64,000 bases of DNA, taken from contig JBAWXN010000002.1 in the NCBI GenBank assembly GCA_037144045.1, positions 150,875-214,874 on the forward strand. Direction: 5' to 3'. A model generated the notes under the pieces. It did not search any database, was not told where the DNA came from, and worked only from the letters and a program-made list of their open reading frames with translations. Made by a program: the position numbers and the translations under genes. This document shows positions 55,026-64,000 of this stretch, piece after piece. The stretch's first letter is position 1. Each line of letters begins with the position of its first letter. Source of the stretch: a bacterium (GTDB lineage Bacteria; Patescibacteriota; Minisyncoccia; Phycocordibacterales; UBA1006).

Positions 55026-57161
55026 ATGAAAAAAACCTCTTATTTCAAAGCTTTTTTCGCCTTTATGGCGCTTACGCTGATGACTGCCTCTGTGCAGGCA
55101 ACAGTTACTGTTGATTTGTATCCCGCGCTTACCGATTCGATTACGTGGAACACGGCCAGCCTTACGACTGAGATTTCAGGTAACGTAGGCAGCTATCAAC
55201 ACTACTACAAATTTAAAGTAGTGGGTGATACGTTGTTTCAGTATGGACCTACAGCCTCGTATAACGTGAACACCTTGCAAAGAGTGCTCACCAATTTGCC
55301 GGCCAATAAAACAATTCAGGTGTATTCAGTGGTAATAGATCAAGGCGACACAACCGTGTCGAACAACATGATTTCATTTACTACGAAGCCTTTGCCGCAT
55401 GCGGCATGGATCGGAAATCCATCAATTGTTTCAAGTCCATCGCAAACTGTGGTGACGGTGCCATATAACTTGAGTGTGCCAACAAAGTTGTTTGTACGCT
55501 ACGGGTCATACACGTACAGTTCTGATACTGCAGTGAAATCAGGTACCGGAACGGCTCAGTTATTGATTACGAACCCTAATGTTCCAGGTACTACGTATGC
55601 AGGAAATGTGCTTCGCGCAAAACCAGTAACTGCTGGAATTGTTGCAGATACGTTTATTACTATAGATTCATTTACCGTGCCCGTTTGGACTAATCCAGAT
55701 GTCGCAAATAATTTAGTGTTTACTGCAGTAACGCAGGATTCATTTAAATTTACTGCTTCGATCACAAAAGGAAATTCAGCAACAGCAACAGTAGTAGTTC
55801 GTGATTTGGATAGTAACGGGGTAGTTGTGGCAACACGGACTCCAATAGTTATTCATAACGACACATCCATCACATGGACACGTACAGGTATTCCTGCGAC
55901 AAGCTATGGCGAACGAGTAATCGTTACTACGAGTGGTGGAAGCGATTCTACTACGGGTTATAAAACTACCACTCAGATACCCGCACCGCAGGTAATTGGT
56001 TTTGATACAATCAACGGCACTAAAAACAGTACCGACATTACGGTTACTGTTAAAACAAACGGTAAGCCCGCATGGGTAAACAGTAATGCAACAGTAAAAC
56101 TGAAATGGTTTGATAAAAATGGCGTAGCAACAACTACCGCTGCTCAATCAACACCAGGAAGTCAAACAGCTGCAACACTTACCTTTTCTGGACTTACTAA
56201 TTTGAAAATGAATCCTACTCAAAACACTGCAATGGTATATATTCAAAACCTTGCAGGATTAGTAGATTCACAACAAATCAACTTTGTGTTGAAGGCTCCG
56301 CTTGCTGCGGTTCCAATCGATAATGGTTTTTATGTTGATGCTATAAATGCATTTTCAATTCGTGTAACCCATGTAAACGCAGGACCATCGACTTTGCCAT
56401 CTAAGCTGAAAATGTTTATTAATGTGCAAGGCAGTGGGCATGTGGACACCTTTAGTTTGCGTATCAATCAGACAGGAACCACCGACTACTTGCAAAAAGA
56501 CACGGTAGGCAACCTTACTGGGGGAGTAAATTACCAGGTGAGGTTAGCAACAGAAAACAGTGATGGAGTATTAGCGGTAACTGCTGCTCAGCCAGTACAA
56601 ACAATATCGGCTGCAAATCAAACATTCTTCTTATCAAACATGTACACAGCTACTCAATCAACGGTTACCTATAAAGTAACGGGTTGTGGTAACGGTAAGC
56701 TGACTTATGTAGACATTCAGGCATTTTTGCCAGGATCGTTTACCAACCCGGTTTACAGTCAATCACTTGGGTATCAGGGTACGGGTAACTTCACGCTTTC
56801 AGGTACTATCACGGGATTGGATGCATGCACTGCTTATGTAGTACGTGCATTGATTCATGATGGGTCGTATGGTGGTGAACTTACCGATGAGGCAAATGTT
56901 ACAACGCGTTGTACTACCACTACTGGCATCAATGAAGTTGGTTTAGTATGGTTGGATTTATTTCCAAACCCAGCTGTAGAACATATTACCTTACTTGCAA
57001 GTGAGCCATTAAAGCTGGTGTCTATCTTTACACTTGATGGTAGGCAAGTATTTTCGGAAAATTTCTCCGGAGTACGTGCAGAAATTAATGTAGCCGCTTT
57101 TGATTCCGGAACGTACATAGTTCGTGGAACTGGCTTCGAAAAAACGTTCATCAAACAATAG
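55026..57161 (+). CDS. secreted multi-domain (Ig/FN3-like repeats) protein ending in a T9SS type-A C-terminal sorting-domain-like segment
   Basis: Signal peptide MKKTSYFKAFFAFMALTLMTASVQA. Thr/Ser-rich beta-repeat body. C-terminal about-75 aa VGLVWLDLFPNPAVEHITLLASEPLKLVSIFTLDGRQVFSEN...FDSGTYIVRGTGFEKTFIKQ matches the Por-secretion-tail consensus (PNPa...DxxGR...GxYxv). Confidence 0.65.
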   Translation: MKKTSYFKAFFAFMALTLMTASVQATVTVDLYPALTDSITWNTASLTTEISGNVGSYQHYYKFKVVGDTLFQYGPTASYNVNTLQRVLTNLPANKTIQVYSVVIDQGDTTVSNNMISFTTKPLPHAAWIGNPSIVSSPSQTVVTVPYNLSVPTKLFVRYGSYTYSSDTAVKSGTGTAQLLITNPNVPGTTYAGNVLRAKPVTAGIVADTFITIDSFTVPVWTNPDVANNLVFTAVTQDSFKFTASITKGNSATATVVVRDLDSNGVVVATRTPIVIHNDTSITWTRTGIPATSYGERVIVTTSGGSDSTTGYKTTTQIPAPQVIGFDTINGTKNSTDITVTVKTNGKPAWVNSNATVKLKWFDKNGVATTTAAQSTPGSQTAATLTFSGLTNLKMNPTQNTAMVYIQNLAGLVDSQQINFVLKAPLAAVPIDNGFYVDAINAFSIRVTHVNAGPSTLPSKLKMFINVQGSGHVDTFSLRINQTGTTDYLQKDTVGNLTGGVNYQVRLATENSDGVLAVTAAQPVQTISAANQTFFLSNMYTATQSTVTYKVTGCGNGKLTYVDIQAFLPGSFTNPVYSQSLGYQGTGNFTLSGTITGLDACTAYVVRALIHDGSYGGELTDEANVTTRCTTTTGINEVGLVWLDLFPNPAVEHITLLASEPLKLVSIFTLDGRQVFSENFSGVRAEINVAAFDSGTYIVRGTGFEKTFIKQ

Positions 57162-57212
57162 TAATCAAAAAATCCCACTGGGTGACCCGCACAATTTCGT
57201 GCGGGTTTTTTG
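57159..57212 (+). repeat. 54-nt stop-codon plus terminator module, copy 1 (tagtaatcaaaaaatcccactgggtgacccgcacaatttcgtgcgggttttttg)
   Basis: Near-identical copy at 59091-59146; hairpin cccgcac-aatttc-gtgcggg followed by a T-run. Confidence 0.8.
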
Positions 57213-57314
57213 TTACAAATAAAGGGTTTAACAGGAAAGAGTATATTGACTTTTATATAATAATATGCTATAGTAAATAGGACAAATTCGTCAAAACTAA
57301 AAACAGATATACAC

Positions 57315-59093
57315 ATGCAAACATTTAAGATTGTTATTTCTATCGTATTCCTCCTCTTTTGGGGATTTCTTAGTGAATACTTTTTCATGCCAGCTCTTGC
57401 TATTTCGGCATCGAGTGGAATTTACTGGAACCTATTAATATGTTCCATAGTACTTTTTCTAATTTCAAAAATTGAGGACGACTCAAGTAGGGGAAACCCG
57501 ATAAGTTATGTATTTGGCTTCACGGGCGTTATTGCAATATTTGCCTTGATAATTGGTATCTTTACCTCATGGGAAATGTTCAACGCTGAAGACTATCGTA
57601 AGTTAATTGGAACTATTCAAGAAACCGAATTCACATCAAATGTTCAAGCCATTTCGCCACATCAGATGTTGGTGGTCGATAAAGAAATCGCAAGACGTAT
57701 CGGAGAAAAAGAAGTGGGTTCAGATCCTGGACTAGGTAGTCGCGTTGAAGTAGGAGAGTTCACCCTTCAGGCAGTTAAAGGACAGTTGTATTGGATTGCT
57801 CCGTTGGAGCATACTGGCTACTGGAAATGGAACCGTTTTGGCAATGAAGGCACACCAGGTTATATCCGTGTTTCAGCAACAAACCAAGACGATTATGCAC
57901 TAGTAAGAGAGGTGGATGGGAAACCTGTTCATATTATCTATCAAACAGGTGCATTTTTTAGCCAAGACCTTGAGCGTTATATTTACACTCATGGTTATCG
58001 GTCAGAATTATTTGGCGACATGACATTTGAGGTTGATGACGAGTGGCATCCATTTTGGACGGTTACTATTTATGACACTAAGATTGGATTGTCTGGTTAT
58101 GATGCAATAGCAGTAATGACTGTTAATCCGGAAACTGGTGAAATTAAACGGTATTCAATTGCAGATGCTCCTGCCTGGATTGATCGCATTCAATCGAGTT
58201 CAGTAGTTAATAGTCAAATCGATGACTGGGGTAATTATGTACATGGCTGGTGGAATTGGTCAGGTTCAGATATTATTCGTGTTGCAAGTGAAAGTTCACT
58301 GGTACTAGGAAGTGATGGACACTCTTACTTTTATTATGGACTTACCTCTGCTGGAAACGATAAGTCAACCGTAGGATTTGTTATGGTTGATACGCGTTCA
58401 AAGAAGGCTCATTGGTTTAAACAATCAGGCGCCACTGAAGACGCGGCAAAAAAATCAGCTGAAGGCAAGATTCAGGAAAAAGGCTACACGGGATCGGATG
58501 GGGTTACGTACAATATTGATGGTCACGCTACCTATGAATTCCTGTTGAAAGATAAGGGAGGTCTTATGAAGCAGATTGCTTTAGTAAATGTACACGACCA
58601 TACGATTGTAGGTATTGGTGAAAATCGCCAAGAAGCGTTGCAAGATTATCGCGCTCAAATGTTGGGTCGCGGCAATAATGTATCAATTTCTACGAGTGAT
58701 ATGGAAACGGTAGATCTTACGGCTCGAATTATAAGGTTTGGTACGGAGACTGTAAAAGGTACTACGTATTATTACTTTGTATTAAGTAAAAAGTCTCGTG
58801 TTGAATTTACTGCTGCTGGTACTATCTCGACTGAGTTAGTATTAACTCAAGTTAATGACAGCGTGAGAATAAAATACATTGAGCCTAACTCGGACGGTAT
58901 TATTCCCGTAGATTATTTTGATAACCTGAACCTCGGAATTACTAAAGACTCGATTCAGGTAAAAAACGAAGCGAGATTCGATAGTGTACGAACGGAACAA
59001 ACAATGAAGAGCCAAAATGGTGTGGTAGATAACAAAATAGAAAACCTAACACCAGAGCAAAAGAAGAAGGCTTTGAAGTTATTGCAAAAATAG
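57315..59093 (+). CDS. membrane-anchored (two N-terminal TM) hypothetical protein with a large extracytoplasmic domain
   Basis: 592-aa ORF; no catalytic motif recognised. Confidence 0.6.
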   Translation: MQTFKIVISIVFLLFWGFLSEYFFMPALAISASSGIYWNLLICSIVLFLISKIEDDSSRGNPISYVFGFTGVIAIFALIIGIFTSWEMFNAEDYRKLIGTIQETEFTSNVQAISPHQMLVVDKEIARRIGEKEVGSDPGLGSRVEVGEFTLQAVKGQLYWIAPLEHTGYWKWNRFGNEGTPGYIRVSATNQDDYALVREVDGKPVHIIYQTGAFFSQDLERYIYTHGYRSELFGDMTFEVDDEWHPFWTVTIYDTKIGLSGYDAIAVMTVNPETGEIKRYSIADAPAWIDRIQSSSVVNSQIDDWGNYVHGWWNWSGSDIIRVASESSLVLGSDGHSYFYYGLTSAGNDKSTVGFVMVDTRSKKAHWFKQSGATEDAAKKSAEGKIQEKGYTGSDGVTYNIDGHATYEFLLKDKGGLMKQIALVNVHDHTIVGIGENRQEALQDYRAQMLGRGNNVSISTSDMETVDLTARIIRFGTETVKGTTYYYFVLSKKSRVEFTAAGTISTELVLTQVNDSVRIKYIEPNSDGIIPVDYFDNLNLGITKDSIQVKNEARFDSVRTEQTMKSQNGVVDNKIENLTPEQKKKALKLLQK

Positions 59094-59146
59094 TAATCAA
59101 AAAATCCCACTGGGTGACCCGCACAATTCTGTGCGGGTTTTTTTTG
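59091..59146 (+). repeat. 54-nt stop-codon plus terminator module, copy 2
   Basis: tagtaatcaaaaaatcccactgggtgacccgcacaattctgtgcgggtttttttt; the loop differs from copy 1 (aatttc vs aattct). Confidence 0.8.
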
Positions 59147-59206
59147 ACAACAGAATATAAATAAGGTATTGTTGCGCTAAATTACATCATCAAAAACAGA
59201 AAACAT

Positions 59207-60247
59207 ATGAAGCTAAAAGAGCTTGAATTTCCTCCGGTTGTAGGACAATCAGGAGTACAAGGATTTTTCGGTGAAGGTGACGAGTATCGTCATCATGCAC
59301 TCTTTAAATTAATCCCCGGTTTTTCCTTTAAGGGAATGGGGTTTGTTGCTAAGACAACAACAATTACTCCAAAAATATTCCCTGAGACTTCAAACACAGA
59401 ATTGCGCGATGGGTATAAAGTGAAACGGTGGTTTCCGAATTCAGTATGGTGGAGTCCGAAATCCTTTATGAAAGGGTACGTAGTAAACGCGGTTGGGTTG
59501 GCTAACCCCGGGACTCTTGCCATGCTTGGGTATGGTAAATGGCAGAGACGGAGTGATATCTTTCAACTATCATTCATGGCCCTATCAGCAACCATAGAAG
59601 GCAAAGTGCTAGAAACAGAAACGTACTGTGATTATTTACTTAAGTACATACCTCCATCATCAATACATCGCTACGCTATTCAGGTTAATGAATCATGCCC
59701 TAATACGGGACATAATCAAGAACAAGATCCGGCAGGTGTTATTGCGGTAGTAGAAGTAATTCGTAGAAAATTACCAACCGTTCCAATTATTATTAAGTTT
59801 GATTTGTTAATCGAACCAAAAACAATTGTTGCACTTAAGCCGTATTGCGATGCATTTTGCATTAGTAATACTGTTGAAGTAGGTAAATCAAATCAATTTG
59901 CTTGGGGCGAATTATTTGATCGAGGACTATCGCCATTATTGAAACATTTTGGCGGTAAGTTTAAAGGCGGACTTTCCGGGGCGCCACTATTTCCGCAGTT
60001 GGTTGCGTGGCTGAAAAAAATGCAGCACTATGATTCATCAGTGGTTATCATTGCTGGTGGTGGAATTATGACCAAGGAAAACATTCGTGAACTTTCACAA
60101 TTTAGTATTGTTCACGCAGTGGCACTTGGTACGGTTGCAATTTTACGACCGTGGAGGTTGCAGGGACTCATTCAGTTCGCTAAAAATATTTTTTCACTTC
60201 GTAAACAACAACAGACAATCAGTCATGAAAGAACAAATTTTGCTTAA
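59207..60247 (+). CDS. pyrD: dihydroorotate dehydrogenase-family protein
   Basis: ...GFVAKTTTITPK...VVNAVGLANPG...VNESCPNTGH...IIAGGGI match the DHOD signature motifs (N-x-G-L-x-N-x-G; N-x-S-C-P-N). Confidence 0.6.
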   Translation: MKLKELEFPPVVGQSGVQGFFGEGDEYRHHALFKLIPGFSFKGMGFVAKTTTITPKIFPETSNTELRDGYKVKRWFPNSVWWSPKSFMKGYVVNAVGLANPGTLAMLGYGKWQRRSDIFQLSFMALSATIEGKVLETETYCDYLLKYIPPSSIHRYAIQVNESCPNTGHNQEQDPAGVIAVVEVIRRKLPTVPIIIKFDLLIEPKTIVALKPYCDAFCISNTVEVGKSNQFAWGELFDRGLSPLLKHFGGKFKGGLSGAPLFPQLVAWLKKMQHYDSSVVIIAGGGIMTKENIRELSQFSIVHAVALGTVAILRPWRLQGLIQFAKNIFSLRKQQQTISHERTNFA

Positions 60248-61328
60248 CAGTCCGTTCGATGCACACATGCATTGGCGGCAACCCGGACTCCTTGAACAGG
60301 TAGCTCCGTATTCAATGAATCAGTTTGCAGGTGGATTGGTAATGCCAAATACCAATCCGAAAATTTTGTCGCTACCGCAGCTGTTATGGTACCGTGCAGC
60401 AGTCCTTGGGTTTCTTAAAGATGCGCAATCAGATTTTTTTACCCTATTCACGTATTACTTATCTGTTGAACTTTCAGAAAAGGATTTGTGTGAGGCGTGG
60501 AATCAAAAACTGATTCATGCGGTGAAATATTATCCAAAAGGTGGTACTACTGCTTCTGACAAAGGCCTTACTGGTTTTCGTGAAGTATATCCACTACTTG
60601 CTGTTATGGAAGAGCTCGGTATTCCGTTATTGATTCATGGTGAAACACCAGAAATTGATGGAACCGTAGTTGATGATTTTCAGCGCGAACAAGTATTTAT
60701 GGAAACGGAATTGGTTGACTTGGTGCATGCATTTCCGGAATTGCGAATAGTGTTGGAACATATCACTACAGAAGCTGCTGCGAATTTTGTGTTAGCTCAC
60801 GAAAATGTATACGCTACAATTACTCCACAGCATTGCTTATTAGATCGCAGAGCGCTTTTCAATGGAATATCATTTGATGAACGTACTCCTTATTTTGATT
60901 TGAATAAGAACGGTATGCACCCAGCTATGATGTGTCGTCCGATTTTGAAAAACCAAAGAGATTTGGACGGAATCCGTTCAGCGTTGATTTATCAAGCGCG
61001 CCATGGACTAAAAAAATTCGGATTAGGAACTGACACGGCACCGCATACCGCAGATAAGAAATATTGCGAATGTGGTGCGTGCGGAGTATTTTCAGCACCT
61101 ATTGCACTTGAATTATATGCGATGGCGTTTGAACAAATGGGAATCCTTGATCATTTACCGGTGTTTGCATGTAAAGTGATGCCGACATTTTATGGGATTA
61201 TTTATCAGTTGCCTCCTAAGCAAATAATACTAGTCTCTGATACGCAAACAGTTGCGGCATCATATCATGGCATCGTTACTCCATTCGCAGGAAGTTCTAT
61301 TCCGTGGACGGCAATTACTACAAATTAA
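60225..61328 (+). CDS. pyrC: dihydroorotase, class II (E. coli PyrC-like)
   Basis: MKEQILLNSPFDAHMHWRQPG...GGLVMPNTNP parallels E. coli PyrC DDWHLHLRDG...AIVMPNLAP. Overlaps pyrD by 23 nt. Confidence 0.7.
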   Translation: MKEQILLNSPFDAHMHWRQPGLLEQVAPYSMNQFAGGLVMPNTNPKILSLPQLLWYRAAVLGFLKDAQSDFFTLFTYYLSVELSEKDLCEAWNQKLIHAVKYYPKGGTTASDKGLTGFREVYPLLAVMEELGIPLLIHGETPEIDGTVVDDFQREQVFMETELVDLVHAFPELRIVLEHITTEAAANFVLAHENVYATITPQHCLLDRRALFNGISFDERTPYFDLNKNGMHPAMMCRPILKNQRDLDGIRSALIYQARHGLKKFGLGTDTAPHTADKKYCECGACGVFSAPIALELYAMAFEQMGILDHLPVFACKVMPTFYGIIYQLPPKQIILVSDTQTVAASYHGIVTPFAGSSIPWTAITTN

Positions 61329-61400
61329 TATAAATGAACCTATCCAAGTGGATAGGTTTTTTGTTTACTTCAAAAACAACAGGCGCTATACTTATAGTAT

Positions 61401-62363
61401 ATGATTACTCAAGAACTCGTGTTATTTATTAAACAACAATTACAAGAAGGAAAGAGTAAGGAACAAATTGCACAACTCCTGGTTCCGCACGGATGGCAAC
61501 TCGAAGACATTAATGGGGTGTTCACACAAATCATGCCAAGTGCGCAACCGGTAGTGCCACCACCTCAAACCAATAGTGGTGATGGGTATGGTAATAATGG
61601 GTTAATACAACCGCAAACAAATCCCTCTATGGCAGCATCAGGAACGATGCCTGCTGCGGGTAGTGTGGTAACTAATGTTCAATCGGGTTCCTCTAAAAAA
61701 TGGATGATCTTGGCTGGTCTAGCAGTAGTATTGATAGGGTTAGGATTTGGTGGATATTATGCTTGGACGCAAGGATTAATTCCAGAATCAATCACAGGAC
61801 TTGTACAAAAAAATAATACCAGTGCTCCTCTCGAGCAAATTCAGACACTAAACACACTTCCACAAAATAGTAATACCGTGAGTTCATCAAATGAGGTAGT
61901 CGTACCTGAAGAGACACAAGACATCAAGTCAATGATGCCAAGTAATGAAGGTGAAATAGATGAGGAAAAAAGTGGTTCAGTAACGGGAACAGGTGCTCGT
62001 TCAAGTTCTGGAACTCAGTCGGTAATTAATCCAGAATTTACCCATGTCAAAGACTCGTTTCCTGTAGGATTTCCTCTTCCCAGCGATGCAGAAGTAATCA
62101 CGGCAACTGTGCTTTCAGCGACTAATTTTGAGGGAATTCGTTATATTCTTAATTATACCAGTACTCATTCGTTAGCTTATTTACGAAATGGTATGAAAGC
62201 GTCACTTGAAAAAGCGGGATATACTGTTTCTATTAACGAAACGAATCAAGACTATCGAGTAATTACAGCAAGTAAGGTGGTGCGTAACACGGCTCGAACC
62301 TTCAAAATAGTTGTCGAAAAAACAGTACTAGGAGCAACGGTTTCAGTGGTTTTCACTCAGTAA
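61401..62363 (+). CDS. hypothetical protein with one TM and a Ser/Thr/Gly/Pro-rich linker
   Basis: 320-aa ORF; no motif. Confidence 0.5.
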   Translation: MITQELVLFIKQQLQEGKSKEQIAQLLVPHGWQLEDINGVFTQIMPSAQPVVPPPQTNSGDGYGNNGLIQPQTNPSMAASGTMPAAGSVVTNVQSGSSKKWMILAGLAVVLIGLGFGGYYAWTQGLIPESITGLVQKNNTSAPLEQIQTLNTLPQNSNTVSSSNEVVVPEETQDIKSMMPSNEGEIDEEKSGSVTGTGARSSSGTQSVINPEFTHVKDSFPVGFPLPSDAEVITATVLSATNFEGIRYILNYTSTHSLAYLRNGMKASLEKAGYTVSINETNQDYRVITASKVVRNTARTFKIVVEKTVLGATVSVVFTQ

Positions 62364-62409
62364 TTTACCCTTCAAAACCTTTGACAAGTCCCAAATAATT
62401 TGTTAAGGT

Positions 62410-62437
62410 AAGCAGGCACGAAATGTGCTTGCTTTTT
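62410..62437 (+). terminator. rho-independent terminator
   Basis: aagcaggcacgaaatgtgcttgcttttt. Confidence 0.6.
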
Positions 62438-62573
62438 CGGTTTATCGCATCCCTCTATTTCTATTTTATCCTTAATTTATAAGGGCAAAATAAATTTTGA
62501 GGAGATATGGCTGAACCAGACAAAGGAATATTATTAAATTAGTCACAAGGAAGCAATTCCTTATTTATTGTAC

Positions 62574-62843
62574 ATGGCGAAAACATCAGTACTCGCGCGC
62601 AATGAAAAACGACGAAAATTGATTGAAAAATACGCGGCAAAGCGTGCAGCTTTAAAAGCAGCTGGAGACCTTGAAGGACTTCAAAAATTGCCAAAGAATT
62701 CTTCACCAACTCGTTATAAAAATCGTTGTGCTATCACCGGTCGATCAAATGGATATTTACGAGACTTCGGTCTTTCACGAATCAAGTTCCGAGAACTTGC
62801 TAACGAAGGAAAGATTCCAGGAGTACGTAAATCATCATGGTAG
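62574..62843 (+). CDS. rpsN: 30S ribosomal protein S14 (long, non-zinc type)
   Basis: [32 protein letters not shown]...[43 protein letters not shown]. Confidence 0.85.
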   Translation: MAKTSVLARNEKRRKLIEKYAAKRAALKAAGDLEGLQKLPKNSSPTRYKNRCAITGRSNGYLRDFGLSRIKFRELANEGKIPGVRKSSW

Positions 62844-62871
62844 TTTCTTAATGCAGATTTAATTAAAATAT

Positions 62872-63258
62872 ATGGATAAAATTGCAAACTTGCTCATCTC
62901 TCTAAAAAACGGAGGAAACGCTGGAAAAGAAACGGTTATGGTTCCATTTTCAAATCTTTCCGGAGAGATTGCAAAAACCCTTTTCAATGCTGGATATATT
63001 GCATCATATGCAAAAAAATCACGAGCAAAAGGTGACGTTCTAGAATTAGGAGTATCATACGTTGATACACAACCTAAAATTCATGACGTGAAAAGAGTTT
63101 CAAAATCATCACGCCGCGTTTACTGCGGAGTGCATGATGTGAAACCTGTTAAACATGGTCGAGGACTTTTGGTGTTATCTACTCCAAAAGGAATTCTAAC
63201 CGGAGAACAAGCTCGTAAAGAACACGTAGGTGGCGAAGCCCTCTTCGAAATTTGGTAA
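62872..63258 (+). CDS. rpsH: 30S ribosomal protein S8
   Basis: MDKIANLLISLKNGGNAGKETV...GRGLLVLSTPKGILTGEQARKEHVGGEALFEIW. Confidence 0.85.
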   Translation: MDKIANLLISLKNGGNAGKETVMVPFSNLSGEIAKTLFNAGYIASYAKKSRAKGDVLELGVSYVDTQPKIHDVKRVSKSSRRVYCGVHDVKPVKHGRGLLVLSTPKGILTGEQARKEHVGGEALFEIW

Positions 63259-63262
63259 TTAT

Positions 63263-63796
63263 ATGTCACGACTTGCAAAAACACCTATTGAAATTTTAGC
63301 TGGAGTAACCGTAACAGTTTCAGGTAATACTGTAACTATTAAAGGTGCAAAAGGTGAACTTTCAAAAACATTTAGTCCAGAAGTTACTGCCGCAGTAGTA
63401 GATAATACTATTGTACTTACACCTCATGGAAACAATGTATTTGTACGCAGTTTGTGGGGAACCGTTGGTTCACACGTGCGTAACATGATGGAAGGAGTAA
63501 CTAAAGGATACGAGAAAAAACTTATCCTTGAAGGAGTAGGATACAAATCAGCAGTGGTAGGGAATGTTCTTGACCTTGCGCTTGGATTCTCACACCCGGT
63601 AAAAATCGAAATCCCATCAGGGCTTACAGTTACTGCGGAAAAGAACCTTATTAGTATCTCTGGAATTGATAAAGAAATGGTCGGTCAATTCTCAGCATAC
63701 GTTCGATCACTTAAGAAGCCTGAACCGTACAAAGGGAAAGGATTCCGTTACGATGACGAAGTGATTCGACGTAAGCAAGGTAAGAAATCTGCATAA
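63263..63796 (+). CDS. rplF: 50S ribosomal protein L6
   Basis: MSRLAKTPIEILAGVTVTVSGNTVTIKGAKGELSKTF...GVGYKS... ORF track starts at 63230. Confidence 0.85.
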   Translation: MSRLAKTPIEILAGVTVTVSGNTVTIKGAKGELSKTFSPEVTAAVVDNTIVLTPHGNNVFVRSLWGTVGSHVRNMMEGVTKGYEKKLILEGVGYKSAVVGNVLDLALGFSHPVKIEIPSGLTVTAEKNLISISGIDKEMVGQFSAYVRSLKKPEPYKGKGFRYDDEVIRRKQGKKSA

Positions 63797-63799
63797 TCT

Positions 63800-64000
63800 A
63801 TGAAACATTCAAACATTTCAAAACGAGCACGACGCCACAAGCGAATCCGAGCTCGCGTATCTGGAACTGCAGATCGACCACGACTTGCAGTGTTCAAATC
63901 AAACAAGTTCATGTATGCACAATTAATTGATGATACCGTAGGTAAAACGATCTGCGCTTCAAGTGATATTAAAAATGCACAGGGAACAAAAACAGAACGT
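63800..64000 (+). CDS. rplR: 50S ribosomal protein L18, 5' partial (runs off the window)
   Basis: [55 protein letters not shown]. Confidence 0.8.
   Translation, partial: MKHSNISKRARRHKRIRARVSGTADRPRLAVFKSNKFMYAQLIDDTVGKTICASSDIKNAQGTKTER

Overview
This is a low-GC, gene-dense bacterial window with short genes, canonical sigma70-type promoters (TTGACA-N16-18-TGnTAAGAT/TATAAT) and strong rho-independent terminators after most genes. The gene content points to a small-genome, Patescibacteria/CPR-like organism; that taxonomic call is an inference. Content supporting it: type IV pilus parts (a PilB N-terminal fragment at the left edge, a PilM-like gene), three TrmB-like regulators, three DedA paralogs, many secreted or membrane hypotheticals, a short PolA and a phage-tail-fibre-like giant protein. 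Housekeeping genes identified are tsaE, polA, ruvA, rpsT, ruvX, rluA-family, rplS, uppP, pyrD-pyrC (overlapping), rpsN-rpsH-rplF-rplR, peroxiredoxin, class II photolyase, a DsbB plus thioredoxin-fold cluster, a PCD dehydratase, a SOUL haem-binding protein, a TraB/GumN-family protein and an HD hydrolase. Seven tRNAs were found by manual folding: Lys-TTT, Arg-GCG?, Ser-TGA, Arg-TCT, Val-TAC, Leu-GAG and His-GTG. No rRNA, CRISPR array or intact transposon was seen. The most notable loci are: (1) a RavA/ViaA-like MoxR AAA+ plus vWA pair (14948-17342); (2) a decayed integrated element beside tRNA-Ser (about 21070-24830) with an SF2 helicase carrying four tandem C-terminal repeats of about 55 aa, a serine-recombinase fragment and an exonuclease fragment; (3) a promoter, small hydrophobic leader ORF and intrinsic terminator upstream of an ABC exporter, convergent with a histidine kinase, a response regulator and a 625-aa alpha-toroid-like protein with a DxDD-like motif (39000-45300); (4) a 1115-aa tail-fibre-like protein with internal duplication, an S74-type chaperone domain and a leaderless promoter; (5) a protein with a T9SS-type C-terminal sorting domain in a genome with non-Bacteroidota promoters; (6) a duplicated 54-nt terminator module after two consecutive genes; (7) unusual GC-rich hairpin clusters in two intergenic regions. 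All similarity calls come from reading motifs in the provided translations; no database search was run.
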